Source: Candidatus Marinacidobacterales bacterium (lineage in GTDB: Bacteria; Acidobacteriota; Vicinamibacteria; Marinacidobacterales; DATDRI01). Taken from it: a DNA stretch of 64,000 bases. Both the position numbers and the translations under genes were made by a program. The notes under the pieces were generated by a model. That model was not told the DNA's origin and did not search any database. It saw only the letters and a list, made by a program, of their open reading frames with translations. Below, in pieces: positions 21,507-32,889 of the stretch. The stretch is taken from NCBI GenBank assembly GCA_965219415.1, contig CBDCNP010000002.1:2624001-2688000 (forward strand), in the 5' to 3' direction. How positions within the stretch are numbered: position 1 is the first letter of the stretch; the number at the start of each line of letters is the position of its first letter.

Positions 21507-22466
21507 TGAAGGGGAGAGCTTCTCGCGTACTTGCGGCCTTGGCTCTGGCGGCAAACTGGGCATGTCAGCCGGTGCAGGCGCCCGATACCGCTATCGATAA
21601 GGCCGGACCGCCGCCGGGTGCCGTTTGGGAAGGCGAAGCGTTCACCTTTCAACAGGTTCGCGACGATATCTACCACGCCGTTGGTACGGGTAACTTGACC
21701 ATCGGATGCAACGGCAGCGTCATTATTAATGAGAACGACGTGCTCCTGGTGGACTCTCACATGACGCCGGCCGCTTCATGGGCGCTCTTGAAAGAGTTGA
21801 AAAGCATCACCCACAAGCCCGTGCGCTACGTCGTGAATACCCATTTCCATTTCGACCACGCGCACGGCAACCGTCAGGCGCTTCCTCAGCGTGATCGTCG
21901 GCGGCGTCGGGACTATCGCATCTGCGGAAACAAGTCTCGATTCTGAAAAATTATCAAGACGCGACGAATGGTCCCAGGCGCGACCTTCCATGGATGCCCC
22001 CGATACTAGCTGCTCGCGTTCCGCTTCGGCGTTCGGATCGGTCGCGTCGATGGCCATCTGAAGCTGCGGCCGAAGTACAGGAGCTGAATCTCCCGGCCTC
22101 CGCGTGTGAGCGGCCATCGTAACCGGTGACCTCTTGACCAACGGCCTCGCCTATATGGGGAACGCCTACTTGAACGAGTGGGCCGACACGCTCGACGAGG
22201 TCAAGAAACTCGACTTCGACGTCGTACTTCCCGGGCATGGCCGTGCGTTCGAGGACATCGAGAAGATCGATCACTTCCAGGCTTATCTGCGCGATTTGTG
22301 GCCCAAGATCGTAGCCAAGAACGAGGCGGGCGTCAGTGAGGAAGAAGCAGCCCAAACGATCGATATGACGAACCACGCGGAGCATTTCTCTCAAATCGAC
22401 GGGCCGGGCGTGCACCCTCACGCCGTGCAGCGCGCCTACGCGCTCCTCAACGGCACCGAGCACTAG
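21507..22466 (+). pseudogene. MBL-fold metallo-hydrolase with inverted and re-ordered central segment
   Basis: LVDSH, NTHFHFDHAHGN, TGDLL, VLPGHG on +; central coding pieces on - strand at 21872-22110. Confidence 0.85.
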
Positions 22467-22480
22467 CCGGAAGGACGACG

Positions 22481-24478
22481 ATGCGCGTGCATAGGGCCAT
22501 GTTGGCGCTCACACTCTTGTGCTGCGCCTCCGCATCCATCCTCGCACAGGACAAAAGGGCCATGACAGTCGACGATCTCCTCGAGCTCGTGAGGATCGGC
22601 GACGTTGCCATGACGCCCGACGGTTCCCGAGTCTTCTATTCCGAGCGGCATCTGGACTGGGAGACGAACAAGTACGAAAAGACTTTCTTCATGATTTCCT
22701 CCGAGGGCGGATCACCGGTTCCCTTCGTTCGCAAAGACGGCGGTGAGAATTTTCTCATCTCACCCGATGGGAAATACTTATCCATGTTGCGAAAGGTCGA
22801 GGAAAAACCACAGATATTCATCATGCCCCTGAATGGTGGCGAGGCTCGGCCCTTGACGGAGCACCGTGGAGAAATCACCGATTACAAATGGACCGGTGAT
22901 GCGCAGAGCATCGTGTTTATTGCTAAAGAGGCGATGGCCGAGGAAGAGGAGAACGAGTTCGCGCTCGGAGCCGATCCGATATTCGTCAATGAAGGAGCTG
23001 ATGGCAAGAACCATGGCCGATGGACGCATCTCTGGCACCTCGATATCACGTCCGAGAAGGTAGCTCGTATTACCGGAGAGGACTTTCTCATCGGCGGATT
23101 CGATGTGTCGAGCGACGGCTCTCGCGTCGTGTTTACGGCTCGACGCGACAACCGCGGGAATTTCCCTTTCTTGTCGGAGCTCTATCTCGTCCGGACGGAC
23201 GGGAACGACATGAAACCCCTGACCCGCAACCGGGCTCTCGAGAGGGATCCTGTCTGGGCGCCGGATGGGAGGCGTTTCGTATTCCACGCTACCGATGACC
23301 AAGAGTTGGGTCTGCGCAACGGCTACTTGTGGATCCTGAACCCCGACACCGGCGAGCTCAAGAAACTGCAGGGACAAAACACCGGTAAGATCGACCACCT
23401 CGTCTGGACACCCGATGGAGAGAGTCTCCTCTTCAACGAAGTGCACGGCACGAACACCAACCTCTACCAGCTCGAGATTGCGTCCGGCAAGGTCGAGGCT
23501 CTGACGACACGGACCGGTACGCACCGGGCGCTCGCCTATTCACAGGACAGATCTCGGTTCGCCTATACATTCGACGACTTCGATACCCCTGCCGATCTCT
23601 ATAGCTCTGATTCGAACGGGACGAGCGTTCGGCTCACACATTCCAATCCCTGGACGGAAGAAGAGATCCTGGCGCCGAAGAGTCGGGTCATTCGCTGGGA
23701 AAGTACGGACGGCACTCAGATAGAAGGTGTGTTCTTGCTTCCGGGGAACTATCGTGCGGGATCTCGGCTACCTCTCGTCCTCGAAATCCATGGCGGCCCC
23801 GCCAGCAATTGGGACAACGCCTTCGAGCCCCGGTTCATCATCTACACCGGATTGGGGTATGCGGTGCTCGGCCCGAATGTTCGGGGTTCGAGTGGCTACG
23901 GTGACGACATTCTACGGGGGTTGATGGGAGACGTTGGCGGCGGTGAATACGACGATGCGATGAAGGGGGTGGACCACGTGATCGAAGCCGGCTATATAGA
24001 CCCGGAAAAGATGGGTGTAGCCGGCTGGAGTTGGGGCGGTGTTGCCGCAGGATGGGTCATCACGCAGACAAACCGTTTCAAAGCCGCCTCCGTGGGTGCC
24101 GGCGTCAGCAACTGGATCGGCGAAAGCGGTCCGGGTTTCAACTGGGACGTGGCCAACTGGTACATCGGCGGCAAGCACTGGACCAACCGGGACGAGTGGC
24201 GTCGGCGTTCCGCCATCAACTACGTCGAGAACGTCCAGACACCGACCCTGTTCCTGCACGGAGCGAGAGACCAGACGAGCAGCACGAACCAGAGCATGGT
24301 GTACTTCGACGCCCTTCAGGATCTGGGCGTGCCGACCCGCTTCATCAAGTTCCCGAGACAGGGACACGGTGTCCGCGAACCGAGGCTGTTGCGAATCCGT
24401 GTCGTCGAGGAGATACGCTGGATGCAGAAATACGTCCTGGGTGAAGAATGGACTCCGTGGGAGCGAGTCAATCGATAA
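22481..24478 (+). CDS. S9 family serine peptidase
   Basis: Signal peptide, propeller repeats, IHGGP, GWSWGG, HGARD, QGHG. Confidence 0.95.
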   Translation: MRVHRAMLALTLLCCASASILAQDKRAMTVDDLLELVRIGDVAMTPDGSRVFYSERHLDWETNKYEKTFFMISSEGGSPVPFVRKDGGENFLISPDGKYLSMLRKVEEKPQIFIMPLNGGEARPLTEHRGEITDYKWTGDAQSIVFIAKEAMAEEEENEFALGADPIFVNEGADGKNHGRWTHLWHLDITSEKVARITGEDFLIGGFDVSSDGSRVVFTARRDNRGNFPFLSELYLVRTDGNDMKPLTRNRALERDPVWAPDGRRFVFHATDDQELGLRNGYLWILNPDTGELKKLQGQNTGKIDHLVWTPDGESLLFNEVHGTNTNLYQLEIASGKVEALTTRTGTHRALAYSQDRSRFAYTFDDFDTPADLYSSDSNGTSVRLTHSNPWTEEEILAPKSRVIRWESTDGTQIEGVFLLPGNYRAGSRLPLVLEIHGGPASNWDNAFEPRFIIYTGLGYAVLGPNVRGSSGYGDDILRGLMGDVGGGEYDDAMKGVDHVIEAGYIDPEKMGVAGWSWGGVAAGWVITQTNRFKAASVGAGVSNWIGESGPGFNWDVANWYIGGKHWTNRDEWRRRSAINYVENVQTPTLFLHGARDQTSSTNQSMVYFDALQDLGVPTRFIKFPRQGHGVREPRLLRIRVVEEIRWMQKYVLGEEWTPWERVNR

Positions 24479-24851
24479 ACTTCAACCGGCGGTGTAAGAC
24501 GGGAGCTGGACGACCATGAGGATACCCATCGGAACTTGTAATGACCGATTATGCTCATCGTTCACGAGGTCTTGGGTCGCGTCCCGCAAAAACTCGAAAT
24601 CCGCCAGCTCGCGTAATTAAACGGGTCAACGAGCGGTGCGGGAGTAGAAGTCCGCCTCGATCTCGTGAATGCGGTTGTCGTGCTCGGGCCAGCCCGTGAG
24701 TAGCGCGGGAACGCCGGAGGCGAAGCTCAACCAGTTGATCCGAAAAGCGCCCACCTGCCACTCGCTGATCGCGGAACCTCGTTCCACTTGGAAGCTGTGG
24801 ATGATTTCGTGACCGAGGACATGCCGATCGTCCCGGTGATCGACGCCGACC

Positions 24852-26050
24852 CGTGAGGTCAAAATACTCATGCGGCTTCCCGATGGTAGAAACGTAGCAA
24901 CCCGCCAAGCCGTTCACGGGAGCGCACCTTGCGCTCGGACTGAGGTAACTGGTCGCTGGCTGGGAACAGCAGCAGATTCTCCTTGCCTTGATGATTCCTC
25001 TCGTGGTGATAGTAGACGACGTACTCCCTAAGCGCATGACGGAGCGATTTCTCGCCGAACAGGATGAGCTTCGAGAGACATTCCTCTTTGACTGACTTCA
25101 CCCAGCGCTCCGCGAACGAGTTCAAATCCGGGCTCCGTGCGGGCAGCTTGACGGGCGCGACGCCAACCGCCTCGATGGTCCGGTGGAACGACTCGCAGAA
25201 CTTCGAGTCCCGGTCGTGAATGAGGTATCGGCTCGATGACAGAAAGCCGACATCTGCCATGGTCACGTTGCGAGCCACTTGAGTCATCCACTGTTCGTTC
25301 GGATGCGGCGTGATGCCGGCGACGTGGACTCGACGGGTAGCCAGGTGCATGAAGAACAGAACGTAGTACGTCACCAACCCGCCCTGAGTCCACACTTCCG
25401 TGGTGAAGAAATCTGTCGCCGCGAGCACGTCCATGTGCGAGCGGATGAATTCCCTCCACGTCGTGTTCTTCCGACGCTCTGGTGCGAGCGGAATGCCGTG
25501 GCGTTTCAGAATGTTACCGACGGTTTGGTCGGCCACTTCATGCCCAACGTTGGCTAGCGCCCCTGCAATCCGGTCGTAACCCCAGGACTTGTTCTCCTTG
25601 GCGAGACGCACTACCAGCTCTTCGATGTCGGCGTCGATCCGCGGTCGCCCTGGATACGGACGGTTCTCGGAGCTGTCGAACTTCTTCGCGACAAGCCTCC
25701 GGTGCCAACCTAAGATCGTGTCGGGGTTCACGATACTCGCGATCTCATCAAGGGCTTGCTTACCCAGACGCTTTCCGAGCTCGGCCAGAGACCGCCGTTC
25801 GCCATCGGTCAGGCGCAAGCGACCCTGGAGATGATTTCGAAGAACTTGATTCTCAGCCACAAGATACTCGTTGCGCAGGAGCAATTCCTCATCCACGGAT
25901 CCTGAGATGTAGCTCAGCATGGTCTTCCAGTCCATCGCAACTCCTTCCGCTGAACTGGAATACGTATCCGACAGCGATGGCGGATTCAAGCGGCCTTTGG
26001 AAAGGTGCAAACTGCTGACCCGCTGGGCGTTCGAGTATTTTGACCAGAAG
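24852..26050 (-). mobile_element. Apparently intact rve/DDE (IS481-like) IS with type H TIR
   Basis: CGTGAGGTCAAAATACTC at left and GAGTATTTTGACCAGAAG at right (13-bp core GGTCAAAATACTC inverted). Confidence 0.8.
24868..25935 (-). CDS. rve/DDE transposase (integrase core domain)
   Basis: AATDFFT, LIHDRDSKF, NSFAERWVKSVKEEC, RLGGLLRFY; uninterrupted frame. Confidence 0.92.
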   Translation of the reverse strand: MDWKTMLSYISGSVDEELLLRNEYLVAENQVLRNHLQGRLRLTDGERRSLAELGKRLGKQALDEIASIVNPDTILGWHRRLVAKKFDSSENRPYPGRPRIDADIEELVVRLAKENKSWGYDRIAGALANVGHEVADQTVGNILKRHGIPLAPERRKNTTWREFIRSHMDVLAATDFFTTEVWTQGGLVTYYVLFFMHLATRRVHVAGITPHPNEQWMTQVARNVTMADVGFLSSSRYLIHDRDSKFCESFHRTIEAVGVAPVKLPARSPDLNSFAERWVKSVKEECLSKLILFGEKSLRHALREYVVYYHHERNHQGKENLLLFPASDQLPQSERKVRSRERLGGLLRFYHREAA

Positions 26051-26735
26051 CGATCCCGAGGAGTTCGATGTGCTTGAGCCGCGGCTCTACCTCGCCAACG
26101 AACCTCGCCCAATGCTGCACATCACGGATCACCACGTGAATGGGGCTGGCTACTGCGACTGGCTGTCACAGCGAGAGGCCGGGGCGCCGCGCCTAGCTGG
26201 CCTCATTTCGTCTATTCTGTCGCAGACCGAAGCTTACCCGCTGTCAGCGTTTCTCCACAGCGAACATACTGGATGCGATACTTCCTGCTATCGCTGTTTG
26301 AGGCGGTACGGCAATCAGTCCTACCACGGCCTGCTGGACTGGCAGTTGGGTCTGTCGTTTCTTCGGTGCATGGTCGATCCAGCTCATAGAGCCGGTCTCT
26401 TGCCAAGAGAGTGTGAATCGTGCCTTGAGCTCAGGCGGTGGCCGATGCTCGCGAAACGAGTCGCCCGCGAGATGAAGGAAAGGTTCTCAGGCGAGACGCG
26501 TGAGTTTGGGGAGGTCCCTGCGTTTCGCCTGCCCTACAAGAGGAACGAGCTGTCTCCGTGGGTGCTTGTGCGCCATCCGCTATGGGACTGGGACGACTCT
26601 GCTGAACCACAGCCCGGCACCATCCTCGCCGCTGCCTGGGACGCCGCCCAGGCCGATGGCCCGCCGCTCTGCTGGGACACGTTTAATCTGGATCGTCGGC
26701 AGGTCATGGTTCGCGAGAGAGTCGTCCAAACGTCG
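26051..26735 (+). pseudogene. C-terminal fragment of a DUF1998-containing helicase (Druantia/DISARM-like defence helicase)
   Basis: ITDHHVNGAGYC, CDTSCYRCLRRYGNQSYHGLLDWQLG. Confidence 0.7.
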
Positions 26736-26744
26736 TGGTTCTCG

Positions 26745-26938
26745 GCGCATGTCATCTCATCCGGCTCGTGCGAGCTTACATCAGCTACTATCATGAGGAC
26801 CGTTGCCACTTGGGGCTGAACAAGGACACACCGAGCTTGAGAACGGTCACGCACCGACCGTCTCCTACGGCGAAAGTAGTCGCACTGCCGCGAGTCGGTG
26901 GACTGCACCATCGATACGAGTGGCGAGAGGCAGCCTGA
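26745..26938 (+). pseudogene. rve transposase 3' fragment
   Basis: YYHEDRCHLGLNKDTP...PRVGGLHHRYEWREAA. Confidence 0.8.
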
Positions 26939-27029
26939 GTCAGCTTGGTCGCTCGCGTTACTCGGCTGGTCGCCGAGAAGTTCGTCCTCAGCACCTTCCC
27001 TCGCGCGCTGACCACGCTCTCCAGCATGT

Positions 27030-27176
27030 TGTGCCTTCTATTTATTCATCCGCCAGCCCATGGGTCGGAAGTCAGCTCTGCGGCGCGAAATACCCTGGAT
27101 TCTGCGCGGATTCCAACGGCGTCTAAGCTGCTGATTTGTGGTCTATTTCAAAAGGGCCGAGTTTTGGCACAGGACG
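27030..27176. mobile_element. C-A MITE, inverted sibling of 19534-19701
   Basis: Same internal sequence in reverse orientation, lacking one outer TIR. Confidence 0.9.
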
Positions 27177-27275
27177 GGATAGTGTTGTGGTCGCGGCTGG
27201 CTCGGCCCAGCCTGCAGATAACGCGCAACTACGGAGCGGCCATGAACATCGTATACATCTTCTTACTCCCCTTCG

Positions 27276-28169
27276 CTACCTCGTCAGAATGAACCGCCGA
27301 TAGAGCGGCTGGACCGGACGCGCGTTGATCGGATATAGGGCCGCGAAGGCATCGACCTGTGCCTGCGAAACTGCAATTGCCTCGGTAAGCACCACCCAGT
27401 TGACCACCTCAGAGCAGGGTGGCGTCGTCAGGGAGCCGGCGTACCGGAAGTAGCTCCGGCCTCCGGGCAGGAAGGCGTTCGAATCGAGGTCGACCAGCGG
27501 TGTGGGCGCCTGATCGACGCCTGGTATGGCATCCCAGATGCTCTGGACGGCCGAGTGCACGCCGCCGACGTCCATGAAGACCCCGATCACCGCAAGATCA
27601 CCCTCCTCGGCCTGATGCACAAAGTGGACCTCCAACGGGTACTCTTCCCCATCGACTGTGTGTTCGCTCGGCAGATGGAAGTGGAACTGCAAGAGCGAGA
27701 ATTGCCGGCCCTGCAGAGTGATGGAACTCCCGGCGTCTATGTTGACCTGGATGGTATGTCCGTTATCCACGACCTCGCCCGCCGCGGGTTGCCACTGGAT
27801 TTCGAGTCCCCCTCCGCCTGCCGGGATCGCATCCGTCAAATCGATCGGAGATTGCTGGACCCCGCTGTCACAGACCGCGAAGGACGAATCCAGCCCACCC
27901 CATTGGTACGGTCCGGTGTCGCCTTCGTAGCTCCAGTGAACCTCGCCGGTCGCTGCGCCCTGCGCGCGCTCCGCGTCCATCTGGTCCTCTGCATCCCCCT
28001 GGCTCGGTGCATCCGCCCGGCAGGCGTATTGTGTGCCAGCGAGGAAGACAACCACGAGTACCTGCAGGAATGAATGACGATACTTCAAGTTTCTCCTCCT
28101 CTCGGGTTTCGACGGTCCGCTGCGAACCGGCCTGACCAAAGAAACGCTCGGCGACCGCATCTTGACCAA
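27276..28169 (-). CDS. Alpha-class carbonic anhydrase (start uncertain)
   Basis: HWSYEG, QSPIDL, QFHFHLPSEH, EVHFVH, GSLTTPPCSE, NARPVQP. Confidence 0.95.
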   Translation of the reverse strand: MVKMRSPSVSLVRPVRSGPSKPERRRNLKYRHSFLQVLVVVFLAGTQYACRADAPSQGDAEDQMDAERAQGAATGEVHWSYEGDTGPYQWGGLDSSFAVCDSGVQQSPIDLTDAIPAGGGGLEIQWQPAAGEVVDNGHTIQVNIDAGSSITLQGRQFSLLQFHFHLPSEHTVDGEEYPLEVHFVHQAEEGDLAVIGVFMDVGGVHSAVQSIWDAIPGVDQAPTPLVDLDSNAFLPGGRSYFRYAGSLTTPPCSEVVNWVVLTEAIAVSQAQVDAFAALYPINARPVQPLYRRFILTR

Positions 28170-28207
28170 GATCTGCGGTGCCGCCCAGCGGTGTGGTCCA
28201 TGACCAG

Positions 28208-28301
28208 CCTGTGCCTTCTATTTATTCATCCGCGCGCACCGAACTTGCTAAGCTGCTGATTTATGGTCTATTTCGAAAGATCCGAGTTTTGGCACAGGAC
28301 G
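28208..28301. mobile_element. Minimal C-A MITE, 94 bp
   Basis: CCTGTGCCTTCTATTT ... GAGTTTTGGCACAGGACG. Confidence 0.9.
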
Positions 28302-28716
28302 GGGTAAGTACGTGGCCGGGGTACCAGATGGCGTGCACCTGTGCCGACCGTTCACCCAATTGTTTGGCGAGCTGGGCCTCCTTCTCGGACTCCGCGAGCG
28401 CGGCGTCGATGTCGCCTCGGTAAATATGAGTCCACCCCCCCCATTTGGCTGATTCCAATTGCCACCGAAGATCCTTCGATGCGGCGAGCTTCTCATAGGC
28501 TTTGATGGCCTCCGAGTAGCGGCCGGCGAGCGCGAGACTGTGTCCCAGCTCGCGCTGGGCCTCGAGCGAGTCGGGCTGGCTGGCAAGGATTTCCTGGAAG
28601 GTGACGATGGCCTCCTCCAACTTTCCTTCTTGCCGGAGCTTTTTCCCGGGATCCAGATCCGGTGCTGAACTAGAAAGCAACGACGCGAGAATGAGCTGAG
28701 TCGCGATGAGCATCAT
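28302..28716 (-). pseudogene. TPR protein, 3' truncated by an A end
   Basis: Signal peptide and TPR helices running into the A terminus. Confidence 0.75.
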
Positions 28717-28807
28717 GGGCCTCAGATAATCACAACGGGTGGCGAAGAGTCAATGGGGTGTTGGTCGTCGTGTTAGACTCTGCTCCCGCAGGCGCGGCCC
28801 GCTTCCG

Positions 28808-30030
28808 ATGAGCCAATACCTCCCCCGACTCCGAACGACACTGGACGTCATGCCGTCACCCTTTCCCGATCAGCCGGGCATCGTCCTGCGTGACCCCTTT
28901 AGTTACAGTGAGGATCTGCTCTTGATACCGGAGTCTATGCTCACGATCCTGGCCTGCCTCGATGGGGCACATACCGAGCTCGAACTTCAAACGCTACTCA
29001 CCCGGCAACATGGAGGGCGGCTCGTCGCCGGAGAAGATGTGCGAGGATTCGTCTCGCTCCTGGACGAAAGAGGGTTCCTCGAGACTGACGCTTTTTTCAA
29101 ACTTCGCGACGGAAGGCATTCGGCGTTCGAAACGGCACACCAGCGCGTTCCCGCTCATGCCGGGATAGCCTACCCGGAGCAAGAGGAAGAGCTACGACAA
29201 ACTTTCGATGAAGAGTTTCGGGACGGTGTGAAGGAGGAGGTTTCGTCGCTCATGGGCTTGGCGGCTCCTCACGTCAGTCCGGAGGGGGGTTGGGCATCGT
29301 ACACGGCCGCCTATCGGCAGCTCGATGCTTCGCTCAGCGATCGGACCTTCGTCATCCTCGGCACGTCGCACTACGGTGAGCCCGAGAAATTCGGGCTGAC
29401 TAAGAAAGCCTTCTCGACACCCCTTGGCATTGCCGAGACCGCGTGGAGATGGTGTCGGCCTTGACCGAAGGCGCTCCCGGATCGGTGGTGGTGGAGGATT
29501 ACTGTCACGCCGTCGAGCATTCGATCGAATTCCAGGTGGTCTTCTTGCAGTACCGTATGAGATCTCCAGTGCGTATTCTTCCGATACTCTGCGGGCCCTT
29601 TGTGGAGAGTCTCACCACCGGAAAACCGCCCGAGTCTAACGCGGCGGTCGGTCGGTTCTTCGACGCGCTGGCCGAGCTCGCCGACCGCTATCGAGACAAG
29701 CTCTTCTGGCTGCTGGGAGTGGATCTTGCCCACATCGGGGCTCGATACGGAGACGCCGTCGCAGTACGGGCCGGCGAGGGCCGTATGGCCGAGCAGGATG
29801 GCAAGAGACTCGCGCGGATATGCGCCGGAGAAGCCGACGAGTTCTTCGAGCTGGTCAAACCGGGAGCCGACGAGCTCAAGTGGTGCGGGTTTTCACCGAT
29901 CTATACATTCCTAGCCTCGCTTCGCCGCCTCACCGAAATCCGAGGCCGGGTACTCCACTACGAACAGTGGAATAACGATCCTGAGTCGGTGGTGAGCTTT
30001 GCGGGACTCGAGTTCGTAGAGAAGTCGTGA
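28808..30030 (+). pseudogene. MEMO1-family (AmmeMemoRadiSam protein B), frameshifted near 29440
   Basis: PAHAG, AAPHVS, ILGTSH, EHSIEFQVVFLQ, VDLAHIG, WCGFSP, SVVSFA. Confidence 0.85.
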
Positions 30031-30037
30031 ATCGGAA

Positions 30038-31363
30038 CTAATTGCCGCCCGCGATCTCGGCCAGTGCTTCGTAGAAGATCCGGATCCCTTTCCCCATATT
30101 CGTAACCGGCACGCGCTCCGCGTCCCCGTGCATCGAGCCCACCACCTCTGCCGACAGTGCCAATGGAGTCAGCCCGTAGCTCTTGGCGCCCTTGTGGCGA
30201 AAGGCATTCGAGTCCGTGCCGTACGGAATGAGTATGGGAACCACCGTAGCGTCGGGATTGTGCCGGACGATCGCCTTCTCGAGCGCTCGGTAGAGGCCTC
30301 CTTCGAAAGGCGTCACGACGCTGTCATCCGATTCGTAAACCACTTCCAGCTGGATCTCGGGATCATCCAGCCGGCGTCGGATCTCCGCCAACCACTCGTC
30401 GGTCGAGGTTCCGGGAAGGAGTCGGCAGTCGAGCGTGGCTTCCGCCACCGAAGGAATGACGTTGACCTTCACCGGTTCACCTACTCCCGAACGCAAGGAA
30501 GTGAGGGAGATGGTCGAGTGCTGAATGGCACGAGTGAACTTGTTTTCTTCGAGGGGTCCCAACTCCGTTCGGAGCTGCTCCAGCACCGGGACCGACAAGG
30601 TGGGCAGTGGATGCGATAGTAGCCGAGTCAGAGCCCGCACTAGATGATCATTGGGGTTTTGCTGATGGGGCTGCGAGCCGTGACCGGCGACGCCTTCCGC
30701 CCGCACCTTGAGCCATACGATTTTCTTTTCCGCGACCGAGATGCCGAATACCAGCTTGCCGTCGACGAACAGGTCACGACTCCCAAACCCGCCTTCGTCC
30801 AAGACGTACTCGGGATCGAGCTCTGGGTAGCGATGCTCGATCATCCATCTTGCGCCCAACTCGCCTCCGATCTCTTCGTCGGCCACCGCCATGAAAATGA
30901 CGTCACGGGACAGTGGAGTTCCGGCGCGTTTGAGGGAGAGAAAGGCGTAAAGGTGGATCATGCCAAGAGCCTTCATGTCCACGGCGCCTCGGCCCCAGAC
31001 GTATCCGTCTTTCGAGACGCCGGCGAACGGATCCAACTTCCAGCGAGTGCGATCGGCAGGCACCACGTCCATGTGGTGGAGCAAGAGAATCGATTTGTCT
31101 TGCCCCGAGCCCGCAAGTCGCGCGTAGAGATTCACCTTGCCCGGCGCCGACTCGTACTGCGTGACCTCGATGCCTTCCGCCCTTAGGACACCAGAAAGAA
31201 GCTCGGCGGCGGCCGCGACATCTCCGGGAGGGTTGGAGGTATCGATGCGAATGTAATCCTCGAGGGTTCGGAGCGCTTCGTCGGCAGTTTGCTCCCAGTC
31301 GACATCTTGAGCCCCGGCCCCGAGAGGGGTCAAGAGAAGCACGAGCGGTAAGAGGGTTCTCAT
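30038..31363 (-). CDS. M20-family metallopeptidase
   Basis: HHMDVVP, WGRGAVDMK, ADEEIGG, DEGG, GHGS, HGDAER. Confidence 0.92.
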   Translation of the reverse strand: MRTLLPLVLLLTPLGAGAQDVDWEQTADEALRTLEDYIRIDTSNPPGDVAAAAELLSGVLRAEGIEVTQYESAPGKVNLYARLAGSGQDKSILLLHHMDVVPADRTRWKLDPFAGVSKDGYVWGRGAVDMKALGMIHLYAFLSLKRAGTPLSRDVIFMAVADEEIGGELGARWMIEHRYPELDPEYVLDEGGFGSRDLFVDGKLVFGISVAEKKIVWLKVRAEGVAGHGSQPHQQNPNDHLVRALTRLLSHPLPTLSVPVLEQLRTELGPLEENKFTRAIQHSTISLTSLRSGVGEPVKVNVIPSVAEATLDCRLLPGTSTDEWLAEIRRRLDDPEIQLEVVYESDDSVVTPFEGGLYRALEKAIVRHNPDATVVPILIPYGTDSNAFRHKGAKSYGLTPLALSAEVVGSMHGDAERVPVTNMGKGIRIFYEALAEIAGGN

Positions 31364-31607
31364 GATCATCACCTTAAGGCTTGGCCCGCCTTCGTCAGTG
31401 TCTACCACCTGACTTCGGCGGGCAACCTTCGCCCCAGTTTGGAATGCTGGCCTGCCAACCGAAGCCCAGCGGCTTTGATCAGTGGGCGAAGGTTGGCGGA
31501 TGGTGCAGGCTGGAGCCATCCGGTCTCTGTGAAAGGTGTTTTGCGAGTTTTGCAAGTCTGACGGGGCCCTTTCGCCGCTCGCGTGGTGGGGCAATGTAGC
31601 GAAAACT

Positions 31608-31817
31608 CGTAGTCGATCACATCCTGCTGCTGGCGGTTGACCCAGCCAGCCAGAACGAGCAGTAGGAATTGCACGTGGTACGTCATCATGGATCTGAAGA
31701 TAACACCCTCGGGCCAGACGATTGTAAAGCCTACGGCCCTTGGCCCGGTCGCAAACACAGACACTAAGCTGCTGATTTATGGTCTATTTCAAAAGGGCCG
31801 AGTTTTGGCACAGGACG
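31608..31817 (-). mobile_element. A left end with transposase start fragment
   Basis: MTYHVQ...QDVIDY; terminus GGCACAGGACG ends at 31817. Confidence 0.88.
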
Positions 31818-32756
31818 ACGTCGCCGGCCTGGCGAACCCGGAGCAGCTGCGGCTGTGGCTCAACGAGGGAAGTGGATCTGGCCAGCACGACCGACCTGTT
31901 CGTGGCGGATGCCACGCTGAGCGGCAACCTGGTCGAGAACGTGGCCGACTTCGCCGTGGGGTACCAGTACCGCGCGATGCGCGCCGACGGCAATCCAAAC
32001 GATGCCGGCGACGCCACACTGAACCCCTGCTCGGTGGCGGGCGACGCAGACTGCGCGGCGGGCGACCGGTTCGGCCCCTACCTCTTCACCAACATCACCA
32101 ACATCCACCGCCCCTATGACGCGGACCAGCAGGTGCAGCGGTTCTTCGGCGAGCTCGCGCTGAGCGTCGGCCCCAGAGTCAACACGCAGGTCGCTGCGAA
32201 CTACGAGTTCTACAATGTCGCCGGCCGCCACGTCAGCAGCTTCGACCCGAAGATCGGCGGGCGCCTGCAGGTGGCGGAGAACCTCCACTACTCGCTGGCG
32301 TTCCGCGGCTCGGTGCAGACCACCTTCCGGACGCCGTCGCTGGACGACCTCAACACCAGCCCGCTGACGACCCTCGAGTGGATCTCGGAGACGGGCGCCT
32401 ACCAGGCGGTGGACCGTTTCGGGCGCCCTGACCTCCTCCCCGAGCACGCGTTCACCTACAACGTCGGCGCCGTGCTCTTCCTGGAGGGAAGCATCGAAGC
32501 GACGGTCGACTACTGGAGCTACGACTTCGAGAACGTGATTGGGTCGATGCCCTACGATGCCGTCACCAGCCTCTACAACAGCGACAATCCGGTGACCCAG
32601 GAGGCCCTGTCACCATTCATCGTCTGTCCGGGAGGCAGGGCCTCGGACCTGATGCCTGAGAGCAGGTGCGCCGCCGCGAACCTTGAGCGTGTCCAGATCG
32701 ACCTCGTGAATTGGCCGGGGCTCACGACCTCCGGGATCGACACGCACTTTGTCTAG
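31818..32756 (+). pseudogene. Internal fragment of a TonB-dependent receptor
   Basis: FDPKIGG, RGSVQTTFRTPSL, LLPEHAFTYNVG, VDYWSYDF; begins at an A terminus. Confidence 0.8.
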
Positions 32757-32889
32757 TCAGTCACGATAACGGTCGGCGCAGTGCGTCGCGCTAAATGTGC
32801 AATTTACGTCCGCTGCTAACATTCTTGAACGTTAGGCACGGCGTGGTCAGCCGCGGCAGGCATCGCCCAAAGAACTGCGTCTCTCGAAA

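Noticed and set aside
24847-26055. TSD around the H-type IS (CGACC versus CGATC)
   Set aside because: Imperfect match and the two flanks belong to unrelated gene fragments.
32087-32106. 9-bp tandem duplication (TNITNI) in the TonB fragment as a contingency locus
   Set aside because: Two units in a pseudogene; likely slippage or an excision footprint.
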